From the NCBI GenBank assembly GCA_046314355.1, contig JBKBWQ010000001.1, forward strand, positions 1,312,001 to 1,376,000: a DNA stretch of 64,000 nt, read 5' to 3'. Shown here one piece after another: positions 1 through 12,600 of this stretch. The stretch comes from Candidatus Altimarinota bacterium (GTDB taxonomy: Bacteria > Patescibacteriota > Gracilibacteria > 1-14-2-50-48-13). The translations under genes and the position numbers were made by a program. Numbering within the stretch: position 1 is the stretch's first letter; each line of letters opens with the position of its first letter. The notes beneath the pieces were generated by a model that saw only the letters and a list, made by a program, of their open reading frames with translations, did not search any database and was not told the origin of the DNA.

Positions 1-137
1 GCCAAAAAGAACTAGAAACTTATAGTTCAGGTGTAGGCTACGAGGGACATTCTTCGCTGTATATAATAAAAAACTTCATTCATGAAGTTTCATTTCTTTC
101 TGGCTGTGCCATTCGTAGCTTCGTGAGAAGCGAAGAA
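1..137 (-). repeat. tRNA-3'-abutting palindromic element, copy 1 (runs off window start)
   Basis: Reverse complement TTCTTCGCTTCTCACGAAGCTACGAATGGCACAGCC...CAGCGAAGAATGTCCCTCGTAGCCTACACCTGAAC... is nearly identical to 42443-42580 and starts immediately after the tRNA-Ala CCA. Confidence 0.9.
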
Positions 138-215
138 TGGTGGATCCAAAGGGACTCGAACCCTTGACCTCCTCGGTGCAAACGAGGCGCTCTAGCCAAA
201 CTGAGCTATGGACCC
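138..215 (-). tRNA. tRNA-Ala(TGC)
   Basis: GGGTCCATAGCTCAGTTTGGCTAGAGCG CCTCG-TT-TGC-AC-CGAGG ...GGTTCGAGTCCC...TGGATCCACCA; cloverleaf with encoded CCA. Confidence 0.96.
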
Positions 216-221
216 TAATTG

Positions 222-482
222 TTACTGTGCTTCTATGCCTCGTGATGGTAGTACTGGTCGTGAGAAGACACTTTTTAGAAAGGCTTCAGCAGTACCAGTC
301 ATGTAGATGAAGGAAGTGATGATGACCAAGATGCCTACTATCCGGATACCCATATAGGTACCTCCTGTGCCGAAAAGTTTTTCAGCCCAGCCCCATGTGC
401 CGACCATAGGCCGTACCTGCATGTGATAGCGAATCATCAGGAAACCAATTCCCATTCCCAAGAGACCGATAAATATTCTCAT
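222..482 (-). CDS. small two-TM membrane protein, hypothetical
   Basis: ORF with two hydrophobic helices around a W-A-E-K-x-F-G-x-G-G-T loop; ATG at 482 preferred over the longer track start at 509. Confidence 0.7.
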   Translation of the reverse strand: MRIFIGLLGMGIGFLMIRYHMQVRPMVGTWGWAEKLFGTGGTYMGIRIVGILVIITSFIYMTGTAEAFLKSVFSRPVLPSRGIEAQ

Positions 483-564
483 AAAGGAATTCTTACCATT
501 GAAGATCAAAAAAGCTAGCTCACTATAATAGAGAGTTTTTTGTAATGCAAGATATTTTTACTTT

Positions 565-608
565 AAAAAGAGTCCCTAGCCGCTTTTAGACGGCTGGGAC
601 TCTTTTTT
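565..608. terminator. intrinsic terminator downstream of the giant gene
   Basis: AAAAAGAGTCCC-TAGCCG...CGGCTGGGACTCTTTTTT hairpin flanked by A and T tracts. Confidence 0.8.
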
Positions 609-625
609 ATGTACTACCTTTGATG

Positions 626-3600
626 TTAGAGAGAGCGGCTGAGAGCTGCTTCTTTCTTTCTTTTGTCTCTTCTCCACCAGATATATCCAGTAAGAGAAGT
701 GGCAATAGCGAGAAGTCCAAGATTGAACCAAAGGTTATCAAATGGATTATCTCCTGCTGATGCTTTCAGTGCTGTTGTCTCTACTCGTTTGAAAGGGAAT
801 GTAGTAGTTGTAGACTTCAGATGAAGCTTCGTATTCTCTGCAGTAAGGTAGACTGTATGATCTCCGAACTCAAGTTCCCGAGGCGCCTTTGTGGCAAAGT
901 TTGCCTGAGGAGTATCTGCAATCAATGATGATGAGAAGATGAGTGATCTAAATGTAAGTTCTACGATAGAGTCATAGAGCGCTTCTCCTCGTACTACTGG
1001 CTGTGCACTAGTAGTAGTTACAAGAGCTGATTTACTAGTTTGCTCATTTGGTAGAATCTTATGGTCATCAAGATGGGTTACGCTTGGTACCGGAAGTTCA
1101 ATAGTCTGGTCGACGATGACTGAGATACCGCTTGTCTCCTGGATAAGGTTTCCTGCAGAGTCTTTTACTGCTGCATAGATTGTATAAGATCCGTTATCAA
1201 GATCAGGAGTCATAAGAAGGAATTTACCTTGATCATCCGTAGTGACACTTCCGAGGAAGAAGAGTTCCTTCGATCCTGTAGGCTGCATATAGACAGCGAC
1301 CACTGTATTTGGATGAGCTGTGACACCCTTCACAAGGATATTTGCTGAAGTGGAGATATCACCGCTGTTAAGGTTTGTAAACTTCATAACCTTTGGTGCT
1401 TTACCATCATTTGGTACAAGCGGATCAGTACCGAGGTCAAGGACCTCTTCACCATCTGAGATTCCGTCTCCATCTGTATCCTTGATAAGCGGGTTCGTAC
1501 CGTAGAAGTACTCAAGTGCATCTGATGTACCGTCTCCATCTGTATCTCGTGTTCCGAGAGTGACGGCTGCGGATTTCTTAAAGAGTCCGTTTTCATCAAG
1601 ATCATTTGGGAAGTACTTTCGTACCCATGCATCGTCGATACCGTCTCCATCAAAGTCTGCAGGATAATTCTGTTTATCAAGCGGATCTGTGTTAGATGAG
1701 AGGACCTCCTGTCCATCAGAGAAGCCGTCCTTGTCAGTATCTATTGTAAGTGGATTTGTCTTATACTTCTTTACCTCAAGACCATCGGAGAGTCCATCAG
1801 CATCACTATCCTGGTTCTTTGGATCTGTATGGAATTTGATCACTTCATCGTAATCTGAGAGACCGTCTCCGTCAGTGTCTGCATCGCTTGGATTTGTACC
1901 AATTCTTGACTCTTCACCATCGGTGAGTCCGTCTTTGTCGGCATCCTTATTTGGGCTAGCGATTCCGATCTGATTAAAGTACATCTTTTCCCATGCATCA
2001 GAGAGACCATTACCGTCTGTATCTGTAGCGGATTCTGGAAGAAGGGAAGTAAGTGTAATTGTCTCAGGGACTACAAGAGGCTTGTCTGCCTTTTCTTCCA
2101 CTGTAGTATAAGTGATCTCTCCAATACGGAGTTCTTCTATATCAGGGTAAGTAAAGGTATCGATCTTATCATCATCAGCCTCAGAGAGTACTGGTTCGAT
2201 AGTCAGTGTACATTCAGATGCGCTCGCCTTGAGAGGCTTCTTGATTCTACATGCATCTCCGATTCCATTTCCGAGACTATCTCTCTGATCAGGATTTGGT
2301 ACTGTAGGACAGTTGTCTATCTCATCAGGGATACAATCCTGGTCAAGGTCGATACTGTACCGGGCATCAAATGGGAAGGAATCTTCTCTATTGATAATAC
2401 CGTCGTTATCGATATCAGAGTCACTTGCATCAGGGAGACCGTCTTTATCTCGATCTCTATCCTCTGCTGGGATTGTGAGGTTATAGCCAGGTACTGGACA
2501 ATAACTTCCTCCTCTTTCTGTAACCACATCCACATCCTTATCATTTTCAGCCTGAGTCTCAGATTCAGGAACGTCTACTATAGGCTCCACTGCGTTGATA
2601 TTTGTATTCTTTGTTGGTGGTGTACATGCATCACCTCCACTTGTGGTAGTGGTAATAGTATCGTATCCAACAAGGATATGCAGCGGCGGCATAGGGAACC
2701 GTCCGCAGAATTGGAATGTAGGTGAGACTACCACACAGATATCTCGATCTGGCTGTGGGAAATCAATGTAACGAGGGACGAGAACGGTATCTGTAGTTCC
2801 AGCTATCGGATCTCCTGGGATACACTGTTCTCCAGGACCTCCAAGTGTTCCGCTTCCTCCTCCTAGTATACCACCAGCTCCACTTCCAGCTCCACCTGAT
2901 CCTCCGCCGTAGCCGGATCCTCCGCCGTAAAGCCTTCCGCCTCCGCCAATTCCTACACAATAGTATTCACCATTGGACATATAACAACTTCCTCCATCAT
3001 AGATATCTCCGCCGCTTTGCTTGATAGTCTCAAGAGCTGAACCGTAGATACACTGTTTGAATTGATCTGAGTCCTGACCATACTGGGTAAGAAGATCTCC
3101 ACAGCTTCCGCCGTCAACGTCAGCAACGCCCTTCTTTGTAAGCTCTTCGATACCTTCGATGTTTCCTGGATCTCCTACTGTACACTGATCATCTCCAGGA
3201 GTTCTAATATCCATTTCGATAGTACTTTCCTTACATGGTGATCCATCCTCTGCGACACCTACGATCTTGATATGGAAAGTAGAATCCTTGTCGAGATCAT
3301 ACAAGAAGATTCTATCAGGGTATGATCCAAGGATAATACCTTCTGAAGTCTGACCACCCTTACTAAGATACATGATCTGGTTTGCGAGTGTCTTTGTGTC
3401 ACTGCCTTTCCAGTTGACTGGAACTGCATATCGCACATCTTCACTACATGAATTGCCAACTGATACATTTTCCAAGTTATTCACCTTTATATACTTTGTA
3501 GGTGTAGCAGCTCTCATATCCCGAGCTGGTAGTCCACATGTCGTACCACCAGTTGATGCTGGCTTCTGAGGCATTGGTACACAGCTAGTCTGTGATGATC

Positions 3601-6600
3601 CAGATGATTTGATACAGACATCATCATCCTCTTCTTTCGGTTCTTCCGGCTCCTCTTGATCGATCGTAAGTGTCGTGAACGTTCCATAAGCGATACTCTC
3701 AGGACATGCGATACCTGAGCTGTTTGTAGTAACTACTTTCACCGTATATTTTGTCCCAGCATTAAGATCTGAGAGGAGAATACCTGATGTATCTTTACCT
3801 AGAGATACTGCAGTACTTTCATGATTTCCTGAAGTAACTGTGACAAGCTGACCATTTGCGTTTACAGATCCACTTGGGGTCCAGCTTACAAAAAGACTAT
3901 TTGTAGTTGGTGTTGCCTTCATTCCTGTTACTGCCGCTGGACAAGTAAGTGCTGCCACTGCTGCAGCATTGTCCTTAGGAGCAGGATCAGAATGACAGAA
4001 TGTGAGCCCTCCGATGATAGAACATACTGGTGCGTGACTGAGGGTGCTGCCTACTGCTGGTGTACCTATCACTGAGCTTGGGATACCAGGTGTTGTAGGA
4101 GGTAATGGCGTAGTTGAACTATTTGTATTTGTTGGAAGCGGTGTGTAGCCTCCGTTTGAATTACCTGGGTTGGCATTAAGATTTGCAAGTGTACCAGTAT
4201 TAGAATTCACTAGCCCAGCAGGATTATTGCTGTTTGGCATAGTCATATTACTCTGTGGAGGAATATTTGCATTCTGGTAGTTTGCATCATTTGTGATGTT
4301 ATGATTATTCACATTCGCTGCAGGTATAGTATTCTGGTTTGCTGCATTATGGAGTTCGTTCTCATTTTCGTTACCTGGAGCAGAAGGTGTTCCAGAACTT
4401 CCTCCGCCTCCTCCGAGTACTGGCGGCTGCGGCATCGTCGTAAATGAGAATGATGTATCAAGAGTATTTGGTGTAGCTGCGAGATCCTGAACGTTTACTT
4501 CTACTACTATAGTTGTAGCGTATGGATAGTCGAAGCTTGGTGTAAATCCAACAGTTACTCCGTTTGCAATATTAGTTGATGCACAATCGAATGTTGGCTG
4601 ACACATACCATTTACGATGGCAGGTGTACCATTAACTATCACATTAAGCGTAGTCGCATCAAGTCCAGTCTCTGCATCAGTAAGCGGAATACTTACAGAT
4701 GATCTGAGAGGTGCCGCACTTGAATTGTGAACAGGAGTAGTTGCTCCCATGACTGGAGGGTAGATATCCGGTGCTCTAAAGTGTGCTGCTGGATCGCTGA
4801 ATGGTCCTTCAGATCCATTATCATCCCAGAACTTAATTCTCCAGAAATATTCAATATCGTAGGCAAGTGTCGTAGGTGTAATAGTAATATCTTCAGTTCT
4901 AGATCCGTTTGTCACCACGTCTGCAATAAGTATCGCGAGTCTAGGTGCGACCGGCATCCATGATGTAGAAGCAACAAGTGTCGGAACTTCTCTAGGCATA
5001 AGCATAGCGAGTGTGCTTCCTGCGCTTCCATTATCGTAGACAAGGTCTACAAACTGGTCGTCCGTTGCAATCTGCAATCTATATTTAGATGCCGTATCTG
5101 TTCCGTCTGGATCTGAGAATACTGCTGAGAAGACTACATCAGGGTTTGCAAGATCTGTAGGATCTACTTCTCCAGTTTGTGCTCCGTCTGCAGCTGTATT
5201 TACATAGAGATCCACAGGGGCAGTCGGAGTACTATTGAGAGAGATATGGAAACTTGCATTTGAGTATTCGCTTGGTCCTGCAGTGGTAAAGAATCTGATT
5301 CTCCAGAAATAAGTGGTGTTATCAAGGAGAGTTACAGGAATCGCTATATCTTCACTTCTTGAACCTGCGGCAAGAGATGATGTAAGTGGTGTTCCTGTAG
5401 ATCCGCTATCGTAGTCTATAGTAGAGAAGTCATTTACGGTACTAAGCTGTACTTGATAATCTGTAGCTTCATATGATCCTGGGTCAGTATGTACTGCACT
5501 TACCACCACATCAGTTTCATTAAGAGAGAATGGATTTACAAGACCTGCTTGAGATCCTTCTGTCTGGGTATTTGCATACAATGTTGCAGGAGCTCCTGGT
5601 GCAGTCTGAGTAGTAAATGTGATATCTCCATTGAAGATGTTAGGGCTTGTTGCTGTATCCCGGATAGATACATGAAGTGAATAGGTAGTATTCAATGCAA
5701 GGGCAGTATCAGGCTGGATCTCCGCATGAAGACGTTTTGAATCAGACTGAGTAATATTACATGTGAATCCTGTCTGACACATTCCGTTGATAATCACAGG
5801 AGTGCTATCAAGTGATACCTGGAATGAAGAGAGAGAAAGGTTTGTGAGGACATCTGCAAGATCAAAGACAAGTGGTGTTGCAGGGATAACTCCTACATCT
5901 CCATCTTCTGGTGTACTAGTACCTTCAAAGGCTGGCGCGTCATGGTCTGGTATAAAGAATGACTGGGCAGCAGTGTATGGTCCTTCTGTGCCATCAGGAA
6001 GTTCATCATCCCAGAGTTTCATTCTCCAATAGTACGTAGTCTCATGATCAGGCTGATAGATTCCAGGAAGGATATCTCCAGTTCTCTGACCAGCAGTGAC
6101 TTGACTTGGAAGAGAAGCTTTTCCACTATCATATGTAGTAGTTGAGAAATCTGATACAGTAGCTATCTGAAGCTGGTAGTATGCTGCTTTGTCTCCTGTA
6201 TTTACATCATTGTATATTGCAGAGAAAGCAAGACTTGAACTTGAAAGATCTGTAGGGTTTGTATAATTGGACTGTGCTCCTGTAACACTATCATTTACGT
6301 AAGGTGTAGTCGGTGCTGTTGGCGCCTGATTGAGTCCTATAGTAAACGGATGTACTGGGGAGTATGTGCTCCAGAATCCTGTGGAATCCTTAAACTGTAT
6401 TCTCCAATAGTATGTAGTGGCATCAGTAAGAGTCATTCCAATGCTGATATCTTCTGAACGTCCATCATCGAGTACTGGACTTCCAAGTGTAGTTCCTGCG
6501 GCCCCACTGTCATAGATCATTGTAGAAAGACCTGAGTCTGTACCTACCTGGATTCTATAAGCAACTGCCTGATCTGCTTCCACATCATGTGAGATAGCAG

Positions 6601-9600
6601 AGAAGACTACGTTGAGAGAGTTCAGCTGTTCTGGATCTGTAAGACCTGTCTGAGCTCCTGCGGCTTGAGTGTTTACAAAGAGATCAGTTGGCGGTAGATC
6701 TGACTCAATACGGAATGTATTCGTAGTAGAGAATGCACCTTCCAGATCATTGGTATCCCAGAACTTGATTTTCCAATAATATGTAGTGTAGTTGCTGTAA
6801 GCAAGTATTGGTGCAAAGTCAGGAGTTCTAGTGTTGTCTGCAAGAGGACTTGCAAGAGCAGTACCAGCAGCGCCGCTGTCATGCATAATACTTGTAAATG
6901 CTGCATCTGATGCGATCATCAAACGGTACTTTGTAGCATCTTCACCTTCAGGATCATGATAGACAGCTGAGAAGGCAAGATTTGTTGTATCAAGGGTAGG
7001 TGTAGAGAGACCACTTTGTGCTGTCTCTGAAACACTATTTGTGTAGAGTCCGTCTGGTGCGCTTGGAGCTCCATTTACCTGAATAGTAAATGTGTTCGCA
7101 GCTGAGTATGCACCTTCCTTATCATGACTATCCCAAGTCTTTATTCTCCAATAGTAAGTAGTGTAATCAGTATAGCTCACTGTAGGATTGATATCCGGAG
7201 TTCGCTCGTTGTCTGCTACTGGAGTTACAAATGCTGTACCTGCTGCTCCATTGTCATAGATAGTACTTGCAAAGTTAGAGACTGTAGAGATCTGAAGTCT
7301 ATACTTAGTGGCGGTATCGCTATCCACATCATGATGAAGTGCTGAGAAAGACACATTCATTGAATTTAATGTTGGATCTGTATATCCAGACTGAGCACCT
7401 TCGTCACTTCTATTTGCGAAGAGTCCGTTTGGAGCAAGAGGTGCTCTATTGAATGTAAAGTATGCTGCAGATACTCCGCTTGGAGAGAATGCTCCTGCGC
7501 TATCAGTAGTATCCCAGAATTTTATTCTCCAATAGTAGGTAGTATTTTCATCAAATGCAGTCGTAGGTATCGTAATATCAGGGGTTCGATCTCCGTTTGC
7601 AAGAGGAAGTGCGAGTAGGGTACCTCCTGAACCACTGTCATAGATAGTACTTGTGAAGTTCTGATCACTAGAGATCTGAAGCTGGTATTTTGTTGCATTA
7701 TCACTATCCGGATCATTGTGGATAGCTGAGAACGCGAGATCCATAGTGGTGAGTGATGTAGGATTTACTACTCCTGCCTGGGCAGTTTCTGCTACGGTGT
7801 TAGAGTAGAGACCACTAGGAGAAGTAGGAGCCTGATTTGTCTGTACACTAAATTGTGCAGTAGTAGAGAATGCACCTTCAAGATTATTAATATCCCAGAA
7901 TTTGATTCTCCAGTAATACTGTGATCCATTTGTATATGTAATAGCTGGTGCTAAGTCTGCTGTACGTGCATTATCTGCAACTGTGATGGCAGTTCCTGTA
8001 GATCCACTATCATAGAGGGTAGTAGCAAAAGTATTATCTGTAGATACTTGAAGTCGATATTTAGATGCAGCATCAGCATCAGGATCGTGATATTTTGCTG
8101 AGAAGACAATATTTGTTGAGTTCAAATTTGTAGGGTTTGTAATCCCTGTCTGCGCAGTAGCGGCTGCCGTATTAGCAAAGAGTACGTCCGGCGCAGTTGG
8201 ACTCTGATTAACAATGTAGTTAAAAGGAAGAGTAAATGAAGAATGGAGAGGAACAGAGAATCCTTTATTGTTCGCATCATCCCAGAACTGGAGCATTACA
8301 TAGTAAGTGGTATTTGGTGTCAAAGTTGGACTTACGAGTATATCCGGAGTTCTTGTTCCACTGGCGACAGGAGAAGCAAAGGCGATACCGTTTATACCAC
8401 TGTCATAGACAACAGAATAGTAGAATGTTGTATCAGCCGCGATTACTAGTCTATATTTAGATGCTGCATTTCCGTTAATATCCTTATAGAGGGCAGATAC
8501 TGCAAGTGCATTTGAGTTTAATACTGTTGGTGTGAGGCTTCCTGTCTGAGCTGTATTTGCCTGTGTATTTACAAATACATTTTCAGGTGCATTTGGTCCG
8601 ATATTTTCAGTACTTCCGCAATTCTGAGCAGTACATCGAGCAAACCGGATTCCTCCAGATCGTGCATATGTGATACGTGGAAGATCATCCTGACCTATGA
8701 AGAGTGAACTTCTATAACCTGAACCTGCTGCTGCATCAATAGTAGAGATAGTTCTATTTGAACAATCAGCATTCGTACATGTAGCATATCTAAGGCTTGT
8801 CCCGTTATAGTGGTAGCTTATTCTTGCAAATCCGTCTGCGCCGAAGTCAAATCCTTCCGTATAGCTTGAAGCCATATTTGTGAAACGATCGATTGGCATT
8901 CTTGTAGAAGACGTACATGCACTGTCAGTACATCTATAGTACATGATAAATCCGCCATCAGCATTTCCTGTTTCGTAAGTTAAATGAAGCCTATCAGAAG
9001 GATCAAGACGGACATTAAGTGTTGAATCTCCACCTACACCTGCGGTATCTGTAAGTACCACTGGAACAGCAGCAGAACATGTAGGATTAGCACAATCAAT
9101 GATTGCAACTTTCTGTGCATTATTTACATAAACAATTTTATGTGTGCCAGTAGATGTAGTCAGAAGTGTTTTTACCATTCCAACCCCGCCACCTGCGGTA
9201 TTTACAGTGTTAATCGTCGGTGATGTACAATCCTGATTTGAACAAGTAATGTATTCAAGAATGTTTGCACCTATATTAGTAGAGACAAAGGTTGGGATAT
9301 CTGAGGCACTAAGTACCATTGAATTTCCGTAACCCACTGCATTCGCTCCTCCGACTCCTGTTCTGATATTTGTAATTACTGGAGCAGAACAGTCTTCGTC
9401 TGTACATCGTGCAAGACGTAGAGCTGTATTGCCGCCATTGTTAGATTGATAATAGATTCGAGCAAAGCCATCTGAGCCCATTATGAGCTGAGTATAGTTA
9501 TTTGAACCTGCTGTAGCATCGACTGAGGTAGTCTTTTTAAGACTACAATCATCATTGAGACATCGTACGTAAGACACTGTGGTCCCAAGTCCTACGATTC

Positions 9601-12600
9601 TTCCAAATCCATCAGCACCTTTGACCATAACTGGTGTACCTGAGGTAAAGCCAGTAACAGTTGTGAGTGAAGCTGGTATGGCTGTACCTATATTAAATGA
9701 AGCTCCTGCTGAGAATGGGCTAGCAAGTCCTCCCGCATCTATAAATGAGACTCTCCAATAAAGAGTTTGTCCTTCCATTGGTTTGTAGGCAGCAAACATA
9801 TCCTGGCTTCTATTGCCTGAAGTCGGAGGAGTTGTGAATGCTGTACCTGCGGCTCCTGCATCATACACGATATCGCTGAATGCGTTGTCTGTAGCAAGCT
9901 GGATTCTATATTTTGCTGCAATATCACCGCTGTCTGCGTCGTTGTAGACTGCACTGAATGCGACACTCGCACTCTGAAGATTTGTAGGATTTGTCTGTCC
10001 TGACTGGGCAGTCGTAATATTTGTATTAGAGTAAAGCGCAGTTGGTGCGGTTGGAGCATTTGTACCATTACCTGTTGTGAACTGCTGTGTAGCTGAGTAT
10101 GCACCTTCTGCGTTACTTACGTCCCAGAACTTGATTCTCCAGTAGTAGGTAGTATTTACGCTAAAGCTGTAAGGAACAGCTATGTCAGAAGATCTTGTAT
10201 TGCTTGCAAATGATGTAAGGGATGTACCTGCAGCTCCATTATCATAGACTGTGCTTGCAAAATTATTTACAGTAGAGAATTGTACCCGATACTTGTTTGC
10301 ATTTCCAAGATCTGGATCGTTATGGACTGCTGAGACTACAAGATTTGTATTTGAGATACTTGTAGGATTAATTAGTCCACTCTGAGCAGTATTTGCCGCT
10401 GTATTAATATATGGAGTAGTTGGTGCTTCAGGAGTAAGGTTGATAGTAGTACCACAAGTGGCATTTGTACATCGTGCAGCTTTTGTATAAAGAATCCGTG
10501 CGAATCCGTCAGCTGCGATCTTGAGCCCTGACTGAGTGCTGAATGCTGCTGCATCTACCGTACTCTTAGTTCGAGAACTACAGTTGGCAGAAAGACATGC
10601 AATATATCTAGGTACATATCCTCCATCTGAATAAGTAATCTTAGGGAATCCATCTGTACCATTTGCTATACCTACAGCAAGTGTTGTTGCAGGATTGTTT
10701 TGCGTATCGAGTGCAATAGAAGTAGATGTTGAACAGTCTACGTTACTACACTTAATACCCATGATGGAGTTTGTATTTGATCTTGTTACAATGAACGGTA
10801 TATCTGATCCATCTAACACAAGATTTGCATAATCTACTGCAGTCACACCTGCAATAACCTGAGTTGTCGGCGAAGTACAGTTTGCGTCAGTACACTTCAT
10901 ATAAGTAAGTGCATTTCCGCTTCGGATAACTGCAATTCTAGGGAAGCCGTCTGCTGCGATCTGCATACCTCCTCTGACTGAACCCATAGTACCTGGAAGT
11001 GTAGTAGCGATACTAGTAGTACAAGTATCGTTTACACAACGAGTATACTCATAGCTGCTGTTAGAGCTGTTTACATAGAGGATTCGTGGAAGATTATCAT
11101 TTCCAAGAGCCATTCTGATGTAGTATCCAGTGAATCCTGTGGCTGCTACTGTTGTACCAGCTGTTGTGGTACAATCAGCATTTGTACATTTGATGTATTT
11201 GAGATCAGCGTTTGAACTATCCTGATATGCTATAAATGGTACATCACCTGTTCCAAGTACAATATCCGCTGCTCCAACAGATACTGCTGAATCAAGGATA
11301 GTAGTAACCTTTAATGAACAGTCTGCGTTCTGACATCTTGTATATTTAAATCCTGGACTGTTTGCAGAGAGATATCTTGGGAATCCGTCAGACCCAAGTG
11401 CAATTCCGTATGGATTTGTTGTACCTCCTAAAGAAGTAATAGAAGGGTTTAGGTTAGAACCAATAGTAAACTGTGCGGCAGCAGAGAATGCTCCTTCAAG
11501 ATTTCCCGCATCAAAGAACTTAATTCTCCAATAATAAGTTTCACCTTCCATTGGTTTGATGACAGCTGCGATATCTGAACTTCTAGAACCTGCATTTACT
11601 GCTGTCATAGTTGTACCAGCAGATCCGCTGTCGTATACGAGACCTGTGAATCCTGAGTCTGTAGCGACCTGAATCTGATATTTTGTAGCAGTATCACCTG
11701 GATCCGTATCATTATAAAGGGCGCTGAATACCACGCTTCCGCTCTGTAAGCTTGATGGATTAGTAAGTCCTGACTGTGCAGTAGCTACGTGAGTATTACT
11801 GTAAAGACTTGTTGGTGCCGTAGGTGGGATTGTCCCTGAACCTGTTGTGAACTGTGCTGTAGCTGAGTATGCACTTGTTGCATTTCCGCTGTCTATGAAT
11901 GCAATTCTCCAGTAATACGTTGTATTAATATTAAACGTAAATGGTATATCGAGATTTGCAGAACGTGCATTGTTTGCAAGAGAAGGCATGAATGTTCCAG
12001 AAGATGTGTTGTCATATACAGTTGAAGCAAAGTTGCTTACCGTAGAGAACTGAACACGGTACTTATTTGAAGTATTTATATCAGGATCATGGTATACAGC
12101 TGAGACTGTGAGGTTGGTATTTGCAAGTCCAGTAGGATTTACTGATCCGCTCTGAGCTCCATTAGCTTGAGTATTGATATATAAGTCAGTAGGAGAATCA
12201 GGAGTGATATTAAGTGGTGTCCCACATGTAGAGTTTGTACATCGTGCATATCGTGCAGTGTTTGAACTTACAGAGTACATAAATCTTGGGAATCCATCAG
12301 GAGCAAGAGTAAAACTACTTCTGTATGCTCCAGTAGAAGCATCGATCTGGGAGGTCTGACGTGTATCACATGAGAAAGAGAGACATGATGTATATCTAAG
12401 ATTTCCAGCGCTGCTTACATAACTGAATTTTGCAAATCCGTCTGTACCCTTTGCAATGCCTCCGTAAATGAAGGTGGCAGGGTTGCTCATCGTATCAAGA
12501 GCTCTATAATCAAATGTACTACAGTCAGCCACGGTACATGTTGCTGAACGTAGAGAATATGGAGCAGTATTTGATTCAAATACCATAAATGGCAGATTGG

